In this document: one piece after another, positions 11,580 through 26,434 of the stretch
How the letters are laid out: the number at the start of each line of letters is the position of its first letter
Position numbering within the stretch: the stretch's first letter is position 1
Assembly: GCF_006345805.1 (NCBI RefSeq)
Contig: NC_042998.1
Span: 53,568,001 to 53,632,000, forward strand
Source: Octopus sinensis
Taxonomy: Eukaryota
Direction: 5' to 3'
Length of the DNA: 64,000 nt
Program-made: the position numbers and the translations under genes
The notes under the pieces: model-generated
What the model was told of the DNA's origin: nothing
Databases searched by the model: none
Seen by the model: only the letters and a program-made list of their open reading frames with translations

Positions 11580-11995
11580 TGGTTTCAAATTTTGGCATTG
11601 GGCCAGCAGTTTTATGGAAGGGTAAGTTGATTACATCAATCTCAGTATTTAACTTACATTATTGACCCACTCCCCTTAGGAATGAAAGGCAAATTTGACC
11701 TCAGCAGAATTTAAACTCAGAACATGAAGACCGACAAAATGCTATGAAGCATTTTGTCCAGATTGCAAGAATTCTGCTAGCGTGTCACCTGATATGTTTA
11801 GATATTGACTTCAATTTTTGGTACAGAGCCAGCAATTTTAAGTATTCGACTGTACTTATTTTATCGAAACCCCTCCATCGACACCCACCCTTCAGGGGAT
11901 GAAAGGCAAAGTTGATCTTGGTGGAATTTGAACTCAGACAAGATGTCATGAAGCATTTTGCTCGGTATGCTAACAATTCTGCCAGCCTGCCATCT
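11580..11995 (-). mobile_element. Two adjacent SINE family A copies (reverse)
   Basis: Two reverse-complement consensus matches, at about 11580-11790 and 11810-11995. Confidence 0.75.
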
Positions 11996-12429
11996 GACAT
12001 GTTTAGATATCAACACATCATTTGCATGGCTGCTCATGAATTCTTTGTACTGACTAAGAGAGCTCAAAGACTACCGTGATTCAGGAACTACAAGAATATG
12101 GCTAAATTAACTTGCTGACTCAGCACTCTTATGTCAAACTAAGATCCCTTAACAAGCTTAGCAATACAATTTCCAAAAATGTTACGTGATGTTGCATTTC
12201 TTATCAACAGAACATAGAGATCTAGAGATCTATCATTAGTGTGAATTTAAACACTGTACTTTTAAAATCAGAACAGTTGTAATTTAATTCTGTGTCTATT
12301 TGAAGAGTAGGTTAATGAGTTGTGGATTAATCTAGTGTTTCTGAAAAGGAATTAAATAAAAATTGGTAAGAAACTTACACCAATTAAATTAATTAAAATC
12401 TTCTTATAAGGAAAGGCTTAATCTTCTTA

Positions 12430-12672
12430 CTTCTTTATCATTATCATCATCATCATCATTATCATTGTTGTCGTCATCATTGCCATTCTTACCAATGTCG
12501 TTATCATCATCATCATCATCATTATCATTGTCGTCGTCATCATTGCCATTCCCACCAATGTCATCATCATCGTTATTATCATCATCATCATCATTATCAG
12601 CACCCCTATCAGCATTGTCACCTTGTTGTCATCATCTTCATCATCATCATCATCACCACCACCATCATTGTT
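12430..12672. repeat. Degenerate (CAT)n microsatellite
   Basis: Visible. Confidence 0.95.
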
Positions 12673-13391
12673 GTCTGATCTAATTTTGCACTTCTCTTCT
12701 CTATACTGGTGCAATTAAGTAGATGACAACAATACATACTGGAACCGTTGGTCAGTAGCCAGGCTCTAAGTTCAAAAAGAAGGCCAATCTAGACTTTGAA
12801 GCAAAAGAAAAACAAAAAAAAACAGAAAAAGAAAACTAATTCTTCATTTTCTCTCCAAAAAAATGAGGCAGATACTATCTATGGTTCATCAGAATTTTAT
12901 TTTACGACCAGACTGAACTGAAATACAGATATAATGTCTTTCCTCTGTTATTATTCATTGCCCCCAGTCTAATAAAAAGCACAAATAATTGAAGGTTATA
13001 AAAAGATTTTCAACTGTTTAGTATCAGAGCTTGTTTTCGTTTTATGTAAGAGTATTTGGGAGAATTACCTTTTGTTTAGCATTTACCAATAAAGATTCTG
13101 CAAGTGCTATAAAATTTGCTTATTTGTTCTGTCATTATTAGGTATAAGTATATACTAAACATTATAAAATGTCCCAGAAGTAAATATTGAAACAGCATTT
13201 TGTACTGTAGAGTCAGTATTGATTTCTTTGGTAAACAATGTGTGGTAGCTAACAGAACAACTCCTTGATTTTTTATGATAAGATTTACAAATTATTAGTT
13301 GTCTTCTTAATTAAACTCAGAAGTATATATTAAGGGAATATTGTAAGTAACTGATATGAAATTCAGAAAGGGTAAATTCTGGTGAATGTAC

Positions 13392-13660
13392 ATGGCTCAG
13401 CTGTTAGAGTGTCGAGCTTACAATCATGAGGTAGTGAGTTTGATTCCCGGACCAGGCAGCTGTGTATTGTGTTCTTGAACAAGAAAAAACACTTTATTTC
13501 AAGTTGCTCCATTTCATTCAGCTGTAGAAATGAGTTGCAACATCACTGGTGCCAAGCTCTATCAGCCTCTGCCTTTCCCTTGGACAACATCAGTGACATG
13601 GAGAGGGGAGGCTGGTATGTTTGGGCAACCACTGGTCTTCCACAAACAACCTAACAAAAC
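13392..13660 (+). mobile_element. tRNA-derived SINE, family E
   Basis: ggctcagctgttagagt...caatcatgaggtagtgagtttgattcccggacc; second copy at 24768-25045. Confidence 0.75.
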
Positions 13661-15285
13661 TAAGAACGTAGTGCTGCTGTGTCCTGTTGAACCCTCATCC
13701 ATTGAAGAAAGAGAGAAACCACCATGTCAACATGCACAGTAGGCTGAGGATGGTACATATGAAACAATCAATCAGTTGATTAACCTTGCTTATTCTAAGT
13801 GAATCCCTGTAGGCAATAGGTTTGACTGACCAGAGCTGACCGGGATCAATGCTATAACAATGCAATTTAAAGGAAGTTAGTTCAGCCAAAAATCAAAATG
13901 GACCACAGATGGAACCTTGTCATAGTTTACTCCTACTTTATAATATGAACCACATTATACAATATGAGTTTTTTTGAGCAAATGCAGAAGCCTTTACATG
14001 GTCATTCAAACTTCTAGAAACAGCAGCCAAATATTTTTCATATTACACCCTGCTTTCTTAAAAAATCGAACTGCACATTAGATATTGCATAACATGTGCA
14101 AGAAGGAACAGGATGGTCAAGGCTAGAATGCCTTTGATAGAAGGTTTTCTCAATAAGGACTGACCTGGAGCTAAAACAAATACAGAAAAGTATAACATCA
14201 TCCATGTATATATGTGTTATGGGAGAATCTTGAAGACCCCATGTGACTAAAAGTGGGCTAACTGACTACAAAAATAAAAAACTGAGTGAACTGTCAGGGA
14301 GTGCAGTTGATGGTATTAGTTCGACCATGTTGGTTAACAGTGTCAGCTTGATGTGTGTTGGTCTAACAGTCAGTAGTTGAACAGTGAATATTGAGTATTA
14401 TGCCTATTTTCAAGTAGTACTGAGTGTGTTCTGTGTTAACAGATATTTCTGTGATAGGTTATTTTTAGATAACCACAACCAACTATTTATTTACATAACG
14501 CCATTTTACATCAGACGTCTATACCCTCATCATAACAATATATATATCAGAGAATGTAGGAATATATAGCTGAATTCAATTAATAGGTTTAAAATATTCT
14601 TGATTTCTTTTTTAATCTAAGAGTATTTTGTCCTTGTTACATTACTCTGTGAATAATAGCTAACTGATTTTAAGTAAATATAACGTGCAATTGTTGATAA
14701 AGAATTCTTTATTAGATTAGCGAGGCAGATTGAATCTTCATTTTAATTATAGCTTCTATATCAGGACAAAATTTGTTTCAAAGTATATTTACTATCTTAT
14801 GCATTCCATATAATTCTGTCATGCATTTACTAAGAACATGATTTTATTTATTTTTTTTTTATTGGAAAAAGAAGAAGAGGAAATAAAAGTTTGCAATGTT
14901 TGCTTCTTTTCTAGAATGTTCGTCATATGGAGAGGATATATATACTGAAAGCTGAGTTCAAAGGAGATGCATCTGTGGAGGAATGGTCCTCTTGCTTGGA
15001 ATGATAATCTAGTCCTAAATATACTGTGAAAAAAAAAATTAAATAGGAATGTCATAGGTGAAATGCCTTTGATCATAGGTCTGCCAGATCAATGGTGATC
15101 TAAATGGAATGGAATGGTTCTGAATTTAAAAGAAATGATGAACTGATCTCTAACCTATCTTTTTGAAACAACCAACAGTTAATTTGTCAACACGTGAATA
15201 ATAAACCACCAAAGGACCACCTCCCTCTCCTTCTTATTCAATCAACCTGTCCAAAAACAGCCTCAACTATTACATCACACTTTAA

Positions 15286-15636
15286 CCTTTTAGCATTTAA
15301 ACCAGTTGAGAGGTGATATTTGTCCCCGCTTAAATGTGGATGTTCTATAAGAAGAAATTATACTGCTCACTAACTGCGTATAAATATTACCTTTCAGAAT
15401 TAACACAGCCTCTGTTGCTAATATGTATTAAAGCAGCCATACTTGGCCCAAATACTCTGATTGTTATATGATCAAACTGGCCAGATCCTGCTTCTCACAC
15501 CTACGTTACAATGTCAAGCTAAAAATAAATAATCACTTCATCAAAATCTTGAAGTTATGAGATAATGCACGATTAATTGAAAACCATGTGAATAAAGAAG
15601 CATTACATTTGACAGAATAATCTGAAAGCTAAAGGG
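15286..15636. mobile_element. piggyBac-like MITE
   Basis: TTAA|ccttttagc ... gctaaaggg|TTAA ends; about 125 bp of extra sequence at 15305-15430. Confidence 0.65.
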
Positions 15637-15844
15637 TTAAAAATCTTTGAAAAATGATAAGGTAGTCCTTGATATACGAAAGAAAAATATTAAATAGAAA
15701 TGTCACAGACGACACCTTTGATCATAGGTCTACCAGATCAAGGGTAACTTTAAAAAATTTAAGTCCTTCTACACACACTCTAATGCAGGAATAAAGGGAA
15801 TTATTAGAGATAACCCTGATATATCTATAATTCTTTAAATCATA

Positions 15845-16265
15845 TACTCTTTTACTTGCTTCAGTCACTTGACTGGCCATGCCAGAGCACCACCTTTAGT
15901 CAAGCAAATCGACCCCAGAACTTATTCTTTGTAAGCCTAGTACATATTCTATCAGTCTCTTTTGCCAAAGCGCTAAGTTATGGGGATGTAAACACACCAG
16001 CATCAGCTGTCAAGTGATGCCAGAGGACAAATACAATCACACGAACATATACACACACGTACACACACACACACACATATATATATGTATATATATATAT
16101 ATATATACGACGAGCTTCTTTCAGTTTCCATCTACTAAATCCACTCACAAGGCTTTGGTCAGCCTGAGGCTATAGTAGAAGACACTTACCCAAGGTGCCA
16201 CGCAGTGGAACTGAACCTAGAACCATGTGGTTGGTAAGCAAGCTACTTACCACACAGCCACTCCT
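15845..16265 (-). mobile_element. SINE family B (CORE-like ccttgggcaag segment, internal CA/TA tract)
   Basis: Full reverse-complement match, from cttttacttgcttcagtc to cacacagccactcct. Confidence 0.85.
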
Positions 16266-17349
16266 ATAATTTATTTATTGTTTATTTATTGTAAGGGTGA
16301 TAACATAGAAGTTGCCATGACTATACCTTTCTGGACGGTACTATAGTTGAGCAATTGAAGTAGTTACTACTGGAATTCAATCATTGATATACCAGAAGCT
16401 GTAGCTTCACCAAATTTTATAGCAGAATGCAAATATGATGAGAAGTGAAACCCTCAACAAATGTTATATCTTTTCTCTCTCTCTTTTTTTCTTTTTTACA
16501 AATTAAATAGATTTATGAATAATGTGTTACAATGCTTAACGATGTATTTCTAGAATAGATTGAAAACAAAAGATCAAAAAAATCAATTACAAATTGAAAT
16601 GAATATTTGCATATTTATTTCTAAAACGTCTGGGCAGGCTCAGACAAAATATGCTAGGTGCTGTATTATGTTTTCAGAGAATAATTTTTCCCTTTTACAC
16701 AATTTCAACACACTTGTCTCATTGGTGCTTGGCATTCTGAGACACTAGTATTTCATCATGTTGTGTCTCATCACCAAAAAGTAGCTAGAACTATTAACTG
16801 GAAATTATTTAATTTACCATTATGAAGATTTTCCCTTTACTTTTCCATGCTGTACGGGTTTTCTGAGGCAGTTTTATCCAACTGGATCTCCTTTCTGTGG
16901 CCAACCTTATATCTTGTTATATCAAGGGATATGGTATAGCTGTTCTAAAACTGGGATGGATATGGCATAAATTAAAATTTATTGATTTACAAATAGTATT
17001 GATGTTTAGCATTAAAAGGGCAAACATTTTGTGATGTATAAAGTTGTTTACTTTATTGGTACTTCATGCTATTGGTACTTTTTTGGTACTTCATGTTATC
17101 AAAGGAAAAGTTAACCTTGATGGGATTTAAACCCTAAATATGAAGGGCCACAAGTAAGTACCATAAGGCATTTTGTCAGTTGCTCTAATGAAAATATGTT
17201 TACAGTGAAAATATGGTTACAAAAAAATTCCTTTCTGCATATATAGAACAGTTGAAAAAATGCAGGCTTCTATCACAGCTGTATCTATCAGACAATATTT
17301 TTCTTCTTAGATTGTTTTTTATCATTTGTTTGGAAATACCAACTTTTTA

Positions 17350-17570
17350 GTTATTTGCAAGTTGGTAGAATCATTAGCACACTGGGAAAAATGCTGCTAA
17401 GCATTTTGCCTGTCTTCATGTTCTGAGTTCAAATTTCGTTAAGGTCAACTTTGCCCTTCATCCTTTTAGAACCGATAAAAACAGTACCAGTTGAATACTG
17501 GAGTTAATGTAATTGACTTACAACCTCCTATAAAATTGCTAGCCTTGTACCAAAATTTGAAATTAATAAT
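17350..17570 (+). mobile_element. SINE family A
   Basis: Consensus motifs. Confidence 0.7.
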
Positions 17571-18519
17571 TATTACACATAATATTTCCCTATTTTTTAA
17601 CTTTGTTAGATAATTTGTGTGTTGCCAGTTGAGAAAACAGATGATACAAAATAAAAATATAATAAAGGTAAATGAATAAATAAACATAATTATTCATTTT
17701 TAAAACCAGAACTATTCCAGCAGAAGCCAATAGCCTTGCATTTTTATGAAATGCAGATTACACTTTCTTAATTGTAAACAAATAGCTGCAAGGCATGAGT
17801 AAATTTGGTTTCCACGTTTCCACACAAAAAAAGAACATTTTCTATGTCTACTTGAACTTTAAGGTCATGTGTGATTATTGAATTTTCTAAGAATTCTGTT
17901 GAAATAAAGAACAAAAATAAAACATATTCCTTATTTGTTATGGTTTCAATATTTGCCATTCTATTCCTTCATTTCAAATTTTCTTTCAATTTTTGTTATC
18001 AGTTTTTAAGACAATTCTTTATTAGTATTCAAAAAACTGGAAAATTTAACATGCTTACATGTGAATAAACTTAAAAATAATTCTACGTCTCATGATATAT
18101 TTCATTTCTATTTTCCCTTTCCTTTTTATTATATTTTTAATATGTTACTTCCATTTTACCATCCTAGCATTAATAACATGCTGTGTTTGCAAGCTTTGGA
18201 CATGTAAATAAGTTGAAGACAGCATCATTAAAACTGAATGGCTTTCATGCCACAACCCACTCAGTCTTGAAGGAGCAGTGGAACTGTTGTCAGCAAGCCA
18301 AGTTGAGTTAAGCCGAATTGATGGTTAAATATATCTTAATGGTAGCTCATTATTTGCAACTTTAAGTAAGTCTATATTATATACATGCATGTAAAAACTC
18401 TAAAACTAAAGTAAAATGCATTACAATATATTAAAAAAACTGAATAATTCAGAAGAAAATAAATCTTACACGTTAAGGAATTACTAAAATAAAAGCAGCA
18501 GTCATAATTGTTTGTAAGT

Positions 18520-18905
18520 TTTGGGGCCTTATGGGGGCGAAGTGGCTGAGTTCCTTTTGAGCATTAGGCCTCATGGAAGCAAAGTGTCTGACTTCCTTTC
18601 AAGTGTTGAGCCTCACGGAGGCAATGACCAAGTCCTTTGGCATTATGAAGAAGACCTGTCAAGCTGGGAAAAATTGCAGTCGTGGCAGATACCGGTATCA
18701 TGCAAATAGCACCCATGCCAGTGGCATATAAAAGCACCCATTACACTCTTGGAGTGATTGGCATTAGGAAGGACATTCAGCCATAGAAAACCATTCCAAG
18801 GTAGACTGGAGCCTGAGCAGTCTTCCAGCATGCCAGCCCAGTCACACCGTACAACTCATGCCAGCATGGACAATGGACGTGTTAAATGATGATGATGATG
18901 ATGAT
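18520..18905 (+). mobile_element. 3' UTR fragment of an RTE LINE with (GAT)n tail
   Basis: ttggcattaggaaggacattcagc...catgccagcatgga...ttaaatgatgatgat; same module follows the RTE ORF at 59860-60740. Confidence 0.7.
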
Positions 18906-19134
18906 TCACAATGAGATTTATGTTCAGTAAAACATACATCATCGTTGTCTTCATTTTCTTTGTCATAGTTGTCATCATCCTTATTGTTATTGTCACCATC
19001 ATCATATTACCATCCACTTTTCCATGCTTCCATGGATCTGATAGAATTCACTGGGACAGATTTTCTATGGCTGGATGCCCTTTCTGTTGCCAACCCTCGC
19101 CTATTTCCAAGAAAGGTAATATTTCTCCATAGCC

Positions 19135-19535
19135 ACAGGAGTGGCTGTGTGGTAAGTAGCTTGCTTACCAACCACATAATTCCAGGTTCAGTCCCACTGC
19201 ATGGCACCTTGGGCAAGTGTCTTCTACTATAGCCTCGGGCTGACCAAAGCCTTGTGAGTGGATTTGGTAGATGGAAACTGAAAGAAGCCTGTTGTATATA
19301 TGTATATATATGTATGTGTGTGTATATGTTTCTGTGTCCATGTTCATACCCCACCAACATCGCTTGACAACTGATGCTGGTGTGTTTACATCCCCGTAAC
19401 TTAGCGGTTTGGCAAAAAAGACCAATAGAATAAGTACTAGGCTTACAAAGAATAAGTCCTGGGGTCAATTTGCTCGATTAAGGTGGTGCTCCAGCATGGC
19501 TGCAGTCAAATGACTGAAACAAGTAAAAGTGTAAA
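19135..19535 (+). mobile_element. SINE family B
   Basis: Near-consensus full copy. Confidence 0.9.
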
Positions 19536-20249
19536 AGAGATGAGCATTTTTTCTGCAAAAGATTAGAAACAAAGGACACCACTTGTGTTACTGGGATTCT
19601 TGCTTACAGCTATCATACAATTTGAAGACAAGGACATACGCACACACACAGACACACACTTTCACACATCATTTCACCATCCATCTTCCACGCCAGCATG
19701 AGATGGATGGTTTGACAGGACCTAGTGAGTAGCAGGCCTGCTCCAAGATCCAGTGTCAGCTTTGATATGGTTTCTATGACTGGACACCTTTATTAAAGCC
19801 AATCAAATTACAGTGTAACCTGGATGCTTTTTCCAGCCTAATGATACTTCTGGGATTAAGTAGTGTAGAATCTTGGCATAGGCACCAAGATTCAAATGCT
19901 GGTTAAAGTTATAATGGATGGGTTCTATGTCATAAAGTAAAGTTAATATTTGTCTTTTGCAAATATTGGAATTGTTGTTATTGTTGTTGTTTAGGTCTGG
20001 TTTGGTTCTGATTGAGCAGAGCTATGACACAAGCATTCCAATTATGATAATTCTGTCTTTTAGGAGTATATGAGACTATATTATCCAATGTAATTTTTGT
20101 CTACTTAAAATGGTAGCTTGTGTGATTTGAGGGAATTTGGGTGCTATTTCTTGGAAGCCTAGAAACTATATAAAGGCTTGTTGGTTTCAACTTTTGGAGT
20201 AATTCTATGAATTGTAATGACCATTTTATATAATAAATTTTATATAAAA

Positions 20250-21270
20250 TACACAATGGTTTCAAATTTTGGCACAGGACCAACCGATTTTCTTTTTTTT
20301 TGTTTTTAGTGGAGTTAGTCATTTATATCAACCTCAGTACTTGGACAATATTTTGTTTTACTGACCTCAAAAGGATGTAAGGCAAAGATGACCTCAACAA
20401 GATTTGAGTACAGAACATAAAGAGCCAGAAAAAATGCCACTAACCATTCTGTCTGAGAGGTTAATGATTACACCAGCTCATCACCTATAATATTATATGG
20501 TGTTATATAATATATACTATTACATAATTTTATATAATACATTATAAATATTTGATTTAGAAACTGCTATAGTTTTGTAAAAGAAAAAGTTGGGGTTGTG
20601 TTTTAGATATAATTCCACAATGTTTTGTGTCTAGGAAGTTTCGGTGAATGTTTGTGTTTGGTTTTGGATGTATAGTACTGCTGTGGAAGGAACACATGTC
20701 TTAATATTGATTCCAAAGTTTTGTGCAAGATCAGCAAGTTTTGGGGGATGGGTTAGCCAATTATATCAACCCCAGTACTCAGCAGGTACTTATGTTATTG
20801 ACCCTGAAAGGAATAAAGGCAAAGTCAACCTCAGCAGAATTTGAACTCAGAATATAAAGATAGATGAAATGCAACTAAACATCTTGCCCAGCATGTTAAT
20901 GCCTTAATTCTTGCTGCCTTAATTATTGTCTTAATTATTTATTTGTTTTCAAATTCTGCCAAGGTCGACATTACCTTTCATCCTTTCAGGGGTCAATGAA
21001 TTAAGTACCAGTTGCATACTGGGATCAATCTAATCAGCTGGCCCACTCCCTCAAAATTTCAGGCCTTGTGCCTAGAGTAAAAAAGAATATTATTTATTTG
21101 GTAAAATGACAGAACTGGTAGAATGGTGAGCGAAATATCTTATAGTATTTAGTTGTATATCCTTACATTCTAAGCTCAAATCCAGCTGAGATCCAACTTC
21201 ATTCTTTCATCTTTCTGACATCAGTAAAGAATTACCTGTTGAGTACTGGGAATTATCTAATCAACATATT
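20250..21270. mobile_element. Cluster of about 4 SINE family A copies or fragments in both orientations
   Basis: Matches at about 20250-20480(-), 20695-20915(-), 20950-21090(+), 21110-21270(+). Confidence 0.65.
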
Positions 21271-21564
21271 TCTGTAATTTACAGCATAAAGTGTGCCTAT
21301 GTCATTAACCAAAATCTTTTTCCCAATCGTTAATTACTGCCTCACTGTTGAAAGACTTTATCTACTTTTGAGTTTTTCATCACTTAGCTTCTTCATTCCG
21401 ACTTGGCATTGGTGTAAGCTCTTATTGTTAAAACGACTTCACTGTTTCAATGAATACCTTTTGATGATTGCCGATTTTTTCCTGTTGTTTATGTTTCTGT
21501 AGTGACAGTAGTTCTATGGGATTTTATTGTCAACCTAGGCTCTTATTTTTGATCTTTCTTTTAC

Positions 21565-21796
21565 TTGTTTCAGTCATTGGATTGCAGCCATCCTGGAGCA
21601 CCAATTTGATGGGTTTACTTGAACAAATCAATGCCAGTACATTTTCTTAAGCCTGCTACATATTCTTGTGGATTTTTTTTCTTTTTCGAACCACTAAATT
21701 ATGGAGACAACACTGATTGTCCAACAAATCTACACTGATTATCAAATGGTGGTGGAGAGGAACAAACACACACACACACATACACACACACACACA

Positions 21797-21830
<34 letters not shown>

Positions 21831-21990
21831 TGATGGGCTTCTTTCAGTTTCTGTCTACCAAATCCAGTTTCAAGGCTTTGGTTGACCCAGGGCTTATAGC
21901 TGAAGATACTTACCTAAGGTACCATGCACTGGGACTGAACCTGAAACCATGTGGTTGGGAAGCAAATTTCTTATCACACAGTCATGCCTG
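21565..21990 (-). mobile_element. SINE family B (reverse)
   Basis: Reverse-complement consensus with a CA tract. Confidence 0.75.
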
Positions 21991-23177
21991 TAGGAAATTT
22001 TAATGGAGTTTATATTACTTTCTGTATTTGGAATTATTTATTATTTGTGTGTCTCAGTACAGTGTTGCACTTCCATTACAACTATCGAAGAATGAACGGA
22101 AATTTACTATGTCTGCATTCAGTGAGGTCAAAGAAATATCCTTAGTAGTTGGAGCAGTGTCAGTGAATTCATTTACCATTTCTATAGAATGAGAGGAAAT
22201 TACATTCGTAGCAGGCTTAGTGTTTATGACTTCAATGTCAGCAGAGAAATTTTTCTTAAGTTTCTCAATTAAATTTTAACCAGTTAATAAACTTGTTTAA
22301 TTTCCAGAAGCTTTCTTTTTATCTTTGCTGATATCCTGGGCAGTTTAAGGAATGAGATGAACAGTGGAGGTGTTAGATGGTGAACTTTGTGAAGAATCTT
22401 ACAAGGGCTCACATCTGTGTATATATTTCTTTCTGTGACCTGTTTGAACATGTATTTGGGTTTGATTGACCATTTTGCTTTTGCTTACCAAATAAATTAT
22501 ATCAAGACAAGAGTTCCCACAGCAGCCATACTATACATCCAAAACTAAACACACAGACATTAGCCTGAGCATGCCTAGACATGAAACATTGAAAGATTAT
22601 ATCTAAAACACAACCTAAACACATTTTTTTATAAAACCACAGTAGCATCTAAGTCAACTAGAATAACTAAGTTTCCTTATTCAGAGATAAATATACTAGC
22701 TTTGTGCATCAGGTGTATGGAAGTACTATATTCATTATCATCATTAATTTGTTTGGTTTTTTTTAACAAATTTTATTATCATTATTTCTCTCAGTTAATT
22801 TAACATCACGTTGTAAGTTTAAACATTATTACTAAATTGGTGGCTCTAGAATTGTGAGACTATTTTTGTATTTTATCCATTTGAGTGAGGGAAAATTGTG
22901 TACATATTAAATATTGATTGTTTGTTTATAAGTGGTTATTGTGTAATTACATCAAAACTTGATTTTCAAATATTTTGCAAAATATGTGAATATATCTGTA
23001 CCTATATATCTGTATGTAGCTTCTCTGGGTTGCACATTAGGACTGTCAAACCTCATATTTAGCTGCTCATATCTGCTATTATTCGCAACAACTTTTCATA
23101 TCTGCCAATGACATCCGCCACACACACACCTTTGTTCCCCATGCTACTTATCTCTGACATCCATCTCTGTCACTGTA

Positions 23178-23470
23178 CATGGCCTAGTGGTTAGAACGGC
23201 GGACTCATGGTCGAGGGATCGCAGGTTCGAATCTCAGACTGGGTGATGTGTGTGTTTATGAGTGAAACACCTAAGCTCCATGCGGCTCTGGCAGAAGGTA
23301 ATGGCGAACTTCTGCTGACTCTTTCACCACAACTTTCTCTCACTCTTTCCTCCTGCATCTTGCAGTTCACCTGTGACGGACCGGCGTCCCGTCCAGGTGG
23401 GGAACCTATAAGCCAAGGAAACTGGGGAAACCAGCCCTTATGAGCCAGGGGTGGCTTGAGAAGGAACTGT
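23178..23470 (+). mobile_element. tRNA-derived SINE, family C
   Basis: atggcctagtggttagaacggcggactcatggtcgagggatcgcaggttcgaatctc tRNA-like head; near-identical family member at 55708-56010. Confidence 0.85.
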
Positions 23471-23984
23471 ACATCACTCTTATTCTCACCCCACTCTCTT
23501 ACCCCTCACACATCATCTCCCTTTTTTTACCCTTTCTGTATTGCCACTTACCACGTTCTCCTTCTTGAATCATTCCTATTTCTTTCACCTTTACCCCCCA
23601 CCACCACCACCACCATACTAATATTTGCCATCAACCAAACCGTCCTCCTTTTTCCTCATTTGCTACATTTCCCTCTACCCTCATCTCTAGCCATCTGCCA
23701 TTCTCCTCTCACTCCTATGAACCTAACTATCTATCCTTTTTAGTTATCTGTCTATATTCTCACTTATACTCACCTTCATATATCTTGAGACTATGCTCTA
23801 ACAACCTGTCCCTACCATCTTTGTCTTTCTTTCAGCTTCTCCCATCCTTGTATAATACAAAAATCATGGTTTGTGTATATATATATACAAAATGAACAGG
23901 TGACAGGAGTAAAATTGCAATAGCTCAGTGAGGCACCAGCCCATGTATTGTTTAACCTGTAGCATTTCAACCAGATAGAGTAAA

Positions 23985-24016
<32 letters not shown>

Positions 24017-24745
24017 TCTTTTACTTGTTTCAGTCATTTGACTTTGGCCATGCTGGAGCACTGCCTTTAGTCAAGCAAATCGACCCCAGGACTTATTCTT
24101 TGTAAGCCTAGTACTTATGCTATTGGTCTCTTTTACCGAACCGCTAAGTTACAGGGACGTAAACACACCAGCATCGGTTGTCAAGCAATGTTGGGGGGGA
24201 CAAACACAGACACACAAACACGCATACACACATATATATATATATACATATATATACAATGGGCTTCTTTTCAGTTTCAGTCTACCAAATCCACTCACAA
24301 GGCTTTGGTCGGCCTGAGGCTATCGTAGAAGACACTTGACCAAGATGCCATGCAGTGGGACTGAACCCAGAAACCATGTGGTTGGTAAGCAAGCTACTTA
24401 CCACACAGCCACTCCTGTGCCTATATATATATATATATATATATATATTTCTTTTACCTTTTTCTTATTTCAGCCATTAAACAGCAGCCATGCTGGGGCA
24501 CCAATTTGGACAATTCTTTTAGTCAAATGTGTTGACCCCAATACTTGTTGTTTTCATGCCTAGTGCTTATTCTAAGTCACAGGGAAGAAAACACACCAGC
24601 ACAGTTTCCTTCCACCAAATTCATTCACAAAGCATTGGTTGACCCAGGGCAATAGTAGAAGACACTAGCCAAGGTACTGTACAGTGTGACTGAACCTGTA
24701 ACCATGCAGTTGCAAGGCAAGCTCCTTAAACATACAGCCAAGCAT
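24017..24745 (-). mobile_element. Two tandem SINE family B copies (reverse)
   Basis: About 24017-24420 (young) and 24455-24745 (diverged). Confidence 0.8.
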
Positions 24746-24767
24746 GAACTTAAATATTCTATGTCTA

Positions 24768-25045
24768 TGGCTCAGTCATTAGAGCGTTGGGTTAACAATC
24801 ATGAGGTAGTGAGTTTGATTCCCAGACCAGGCTGTGTGTTGTGTTCTTGAGTTCATGTTACTCCAGTTCACTCAACTTTAGAAATTGGTTGTCATTCACT
24901 GGTGCCAAACTGTATCAGCTTTTTCCTTTCCCTTGGACAACATTGGTGGCATGGAGAGGGAAAGCTGATATGCATGGGTGACTGCAAGTCTTCCATAAAC
25001 AAACTTGCTTGGACTTGTGCCTCCGAGGGGAAATTTCTAGGCGCA
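24768..25045 (+). mobile_element. SINE family E
   Basis: Homologous to 13392-13660. Confidence 0.75.
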
Positions 25046-25694
25046 AGATGATGGAGTAGCCATTACTGAAATATATTTGGAGCCTGACTGATCAGAGAAT
25101 AAACTACAACAGATATAGAAATAGCATCATTATCATGTCAACAATGAAGGACATACGTTTAATGCAAATTTTTTTTTTAAATAGATAAATGGAAGAGATA
25201 ACATAATTGTGTTTCTTTTTTTTTTCTTTTAAAATTTCATAAAATATTAAATATTTCTGTGTTGTAAATTATTGTACCATTTACAAAAATTCTTTAAAAT
25301 ACTTGAAAGTTGATTTTTTTTTCTCGTGGCTATACAATGAAAATAAAATATAAATTTACATATAAAATTTACAAAATAAATACTAAATATGATTAAGTGA
25401 AATTGTCAATCACATTAATTTGATCATTGAATATGTCTAGAAATATGTTATTTTCTCATATCATTATTATATTAATGACTTTTATGCTACATTTTTACAC
25501 TTATTTATTTAAATAATTTTTTTCTATGCTTTGCTACACTGACCGTTGCCATCTTTATATTAAGACAAGCTAAAGCAGTTTTCTATGTTCCTATATATAC
25601 AAGCAAAAATTATTGCTTAGTTTATGAAACTCTATTAGAACTTTGTAGACTAGACAGGCATCATAATAATTTTATTTTGCTTTATACTTGTGGG

Positions 25695-25700
25695 TATGTA

Positions 25701-25734
<34 letters not shown>

Positions 25735-25810
25735 AATTATGCATATAAAAAATATATATATATATTTACACACACAAATATATATATGCACGCACACACG
25801 TACTGCACAC

Positions 25811-25848
<38 letters not shown>

Positions 25849-25924
25849 GTGTGCAGTACGTGTGTGCGTGCATATATATATTTGTGTGTGTAAATATATA
25901 TATATATTTTTTATATGCATAATT

Positions 25925-25958
<34 letters not shown>

Positions 25959-25964
25959 TACATA
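25695..25964. repeat. Near-perfect palindrome of about 270 bp centred on a (TA)n run
   Basis: Arms are reverse complements; the ORF track shows identical peptides on both strands. Confidence 0.9.
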
Positions 25965-26401
25965 TGCATGTATATATATATATATATATATATATACATG
26001 CATACATATATACATATGTATGTGTGTATGAATGCATGAAGAGATAAGAGAGAGAGAGTGAGTGTGAGAGAAAGAAGAGAAAGTTACTTTTGTCTTTTTT
26101 TTTTTTTTGCAGCAGAGAATTATCAATAAATATTTATTTTTGTCTCAAAATTTTTGAAGAATGCAAAGGATTTCCTATTTCCCATTGAATCGATATATAA
26201 TAAGCAGAATGACAATTTTAATTTTTACAGACATACTGGTTTATTAATTTCATGGAGACATGAATTCTATACATGAAGATAGATCATATAGCATTACCAT
26301 ATTTCACTGATAAATATAAGGGGAAAAATAAATGAAAAAATCTACAAAATATTGTAGATTACAATGATATATTATAGTTATACATATTTAAATACTACAA
26401 C

Positions 26402-26434
<33 letters not shown>

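Noticed and set aside
13740-13775. CTGAGGA tggtacatat GAAAC hammerhead look-alike
   Set aside because: No helix III palindrome, UH site or stem I pairing.
19007-19468. 153-aa ORF and similar recurring ORFs (GTEPGTMWLVSKLLTTQP)
   Set aside because: Antisense translation of SINE family B; recurs wherever the SINE occurs.
23178-23250. tRNA-like heads (also 13392, 34635, 55708)
   Set aside because: Each continues into a multi-copy SINE body and lacks a complete cloverleaf 3' acceptor strand; not called as tRNA genes.
25672-26126. Identical YI/HT-rich ORFs on both strands
   Set aside because: Produced by the TA/CA palindrome; not coding.
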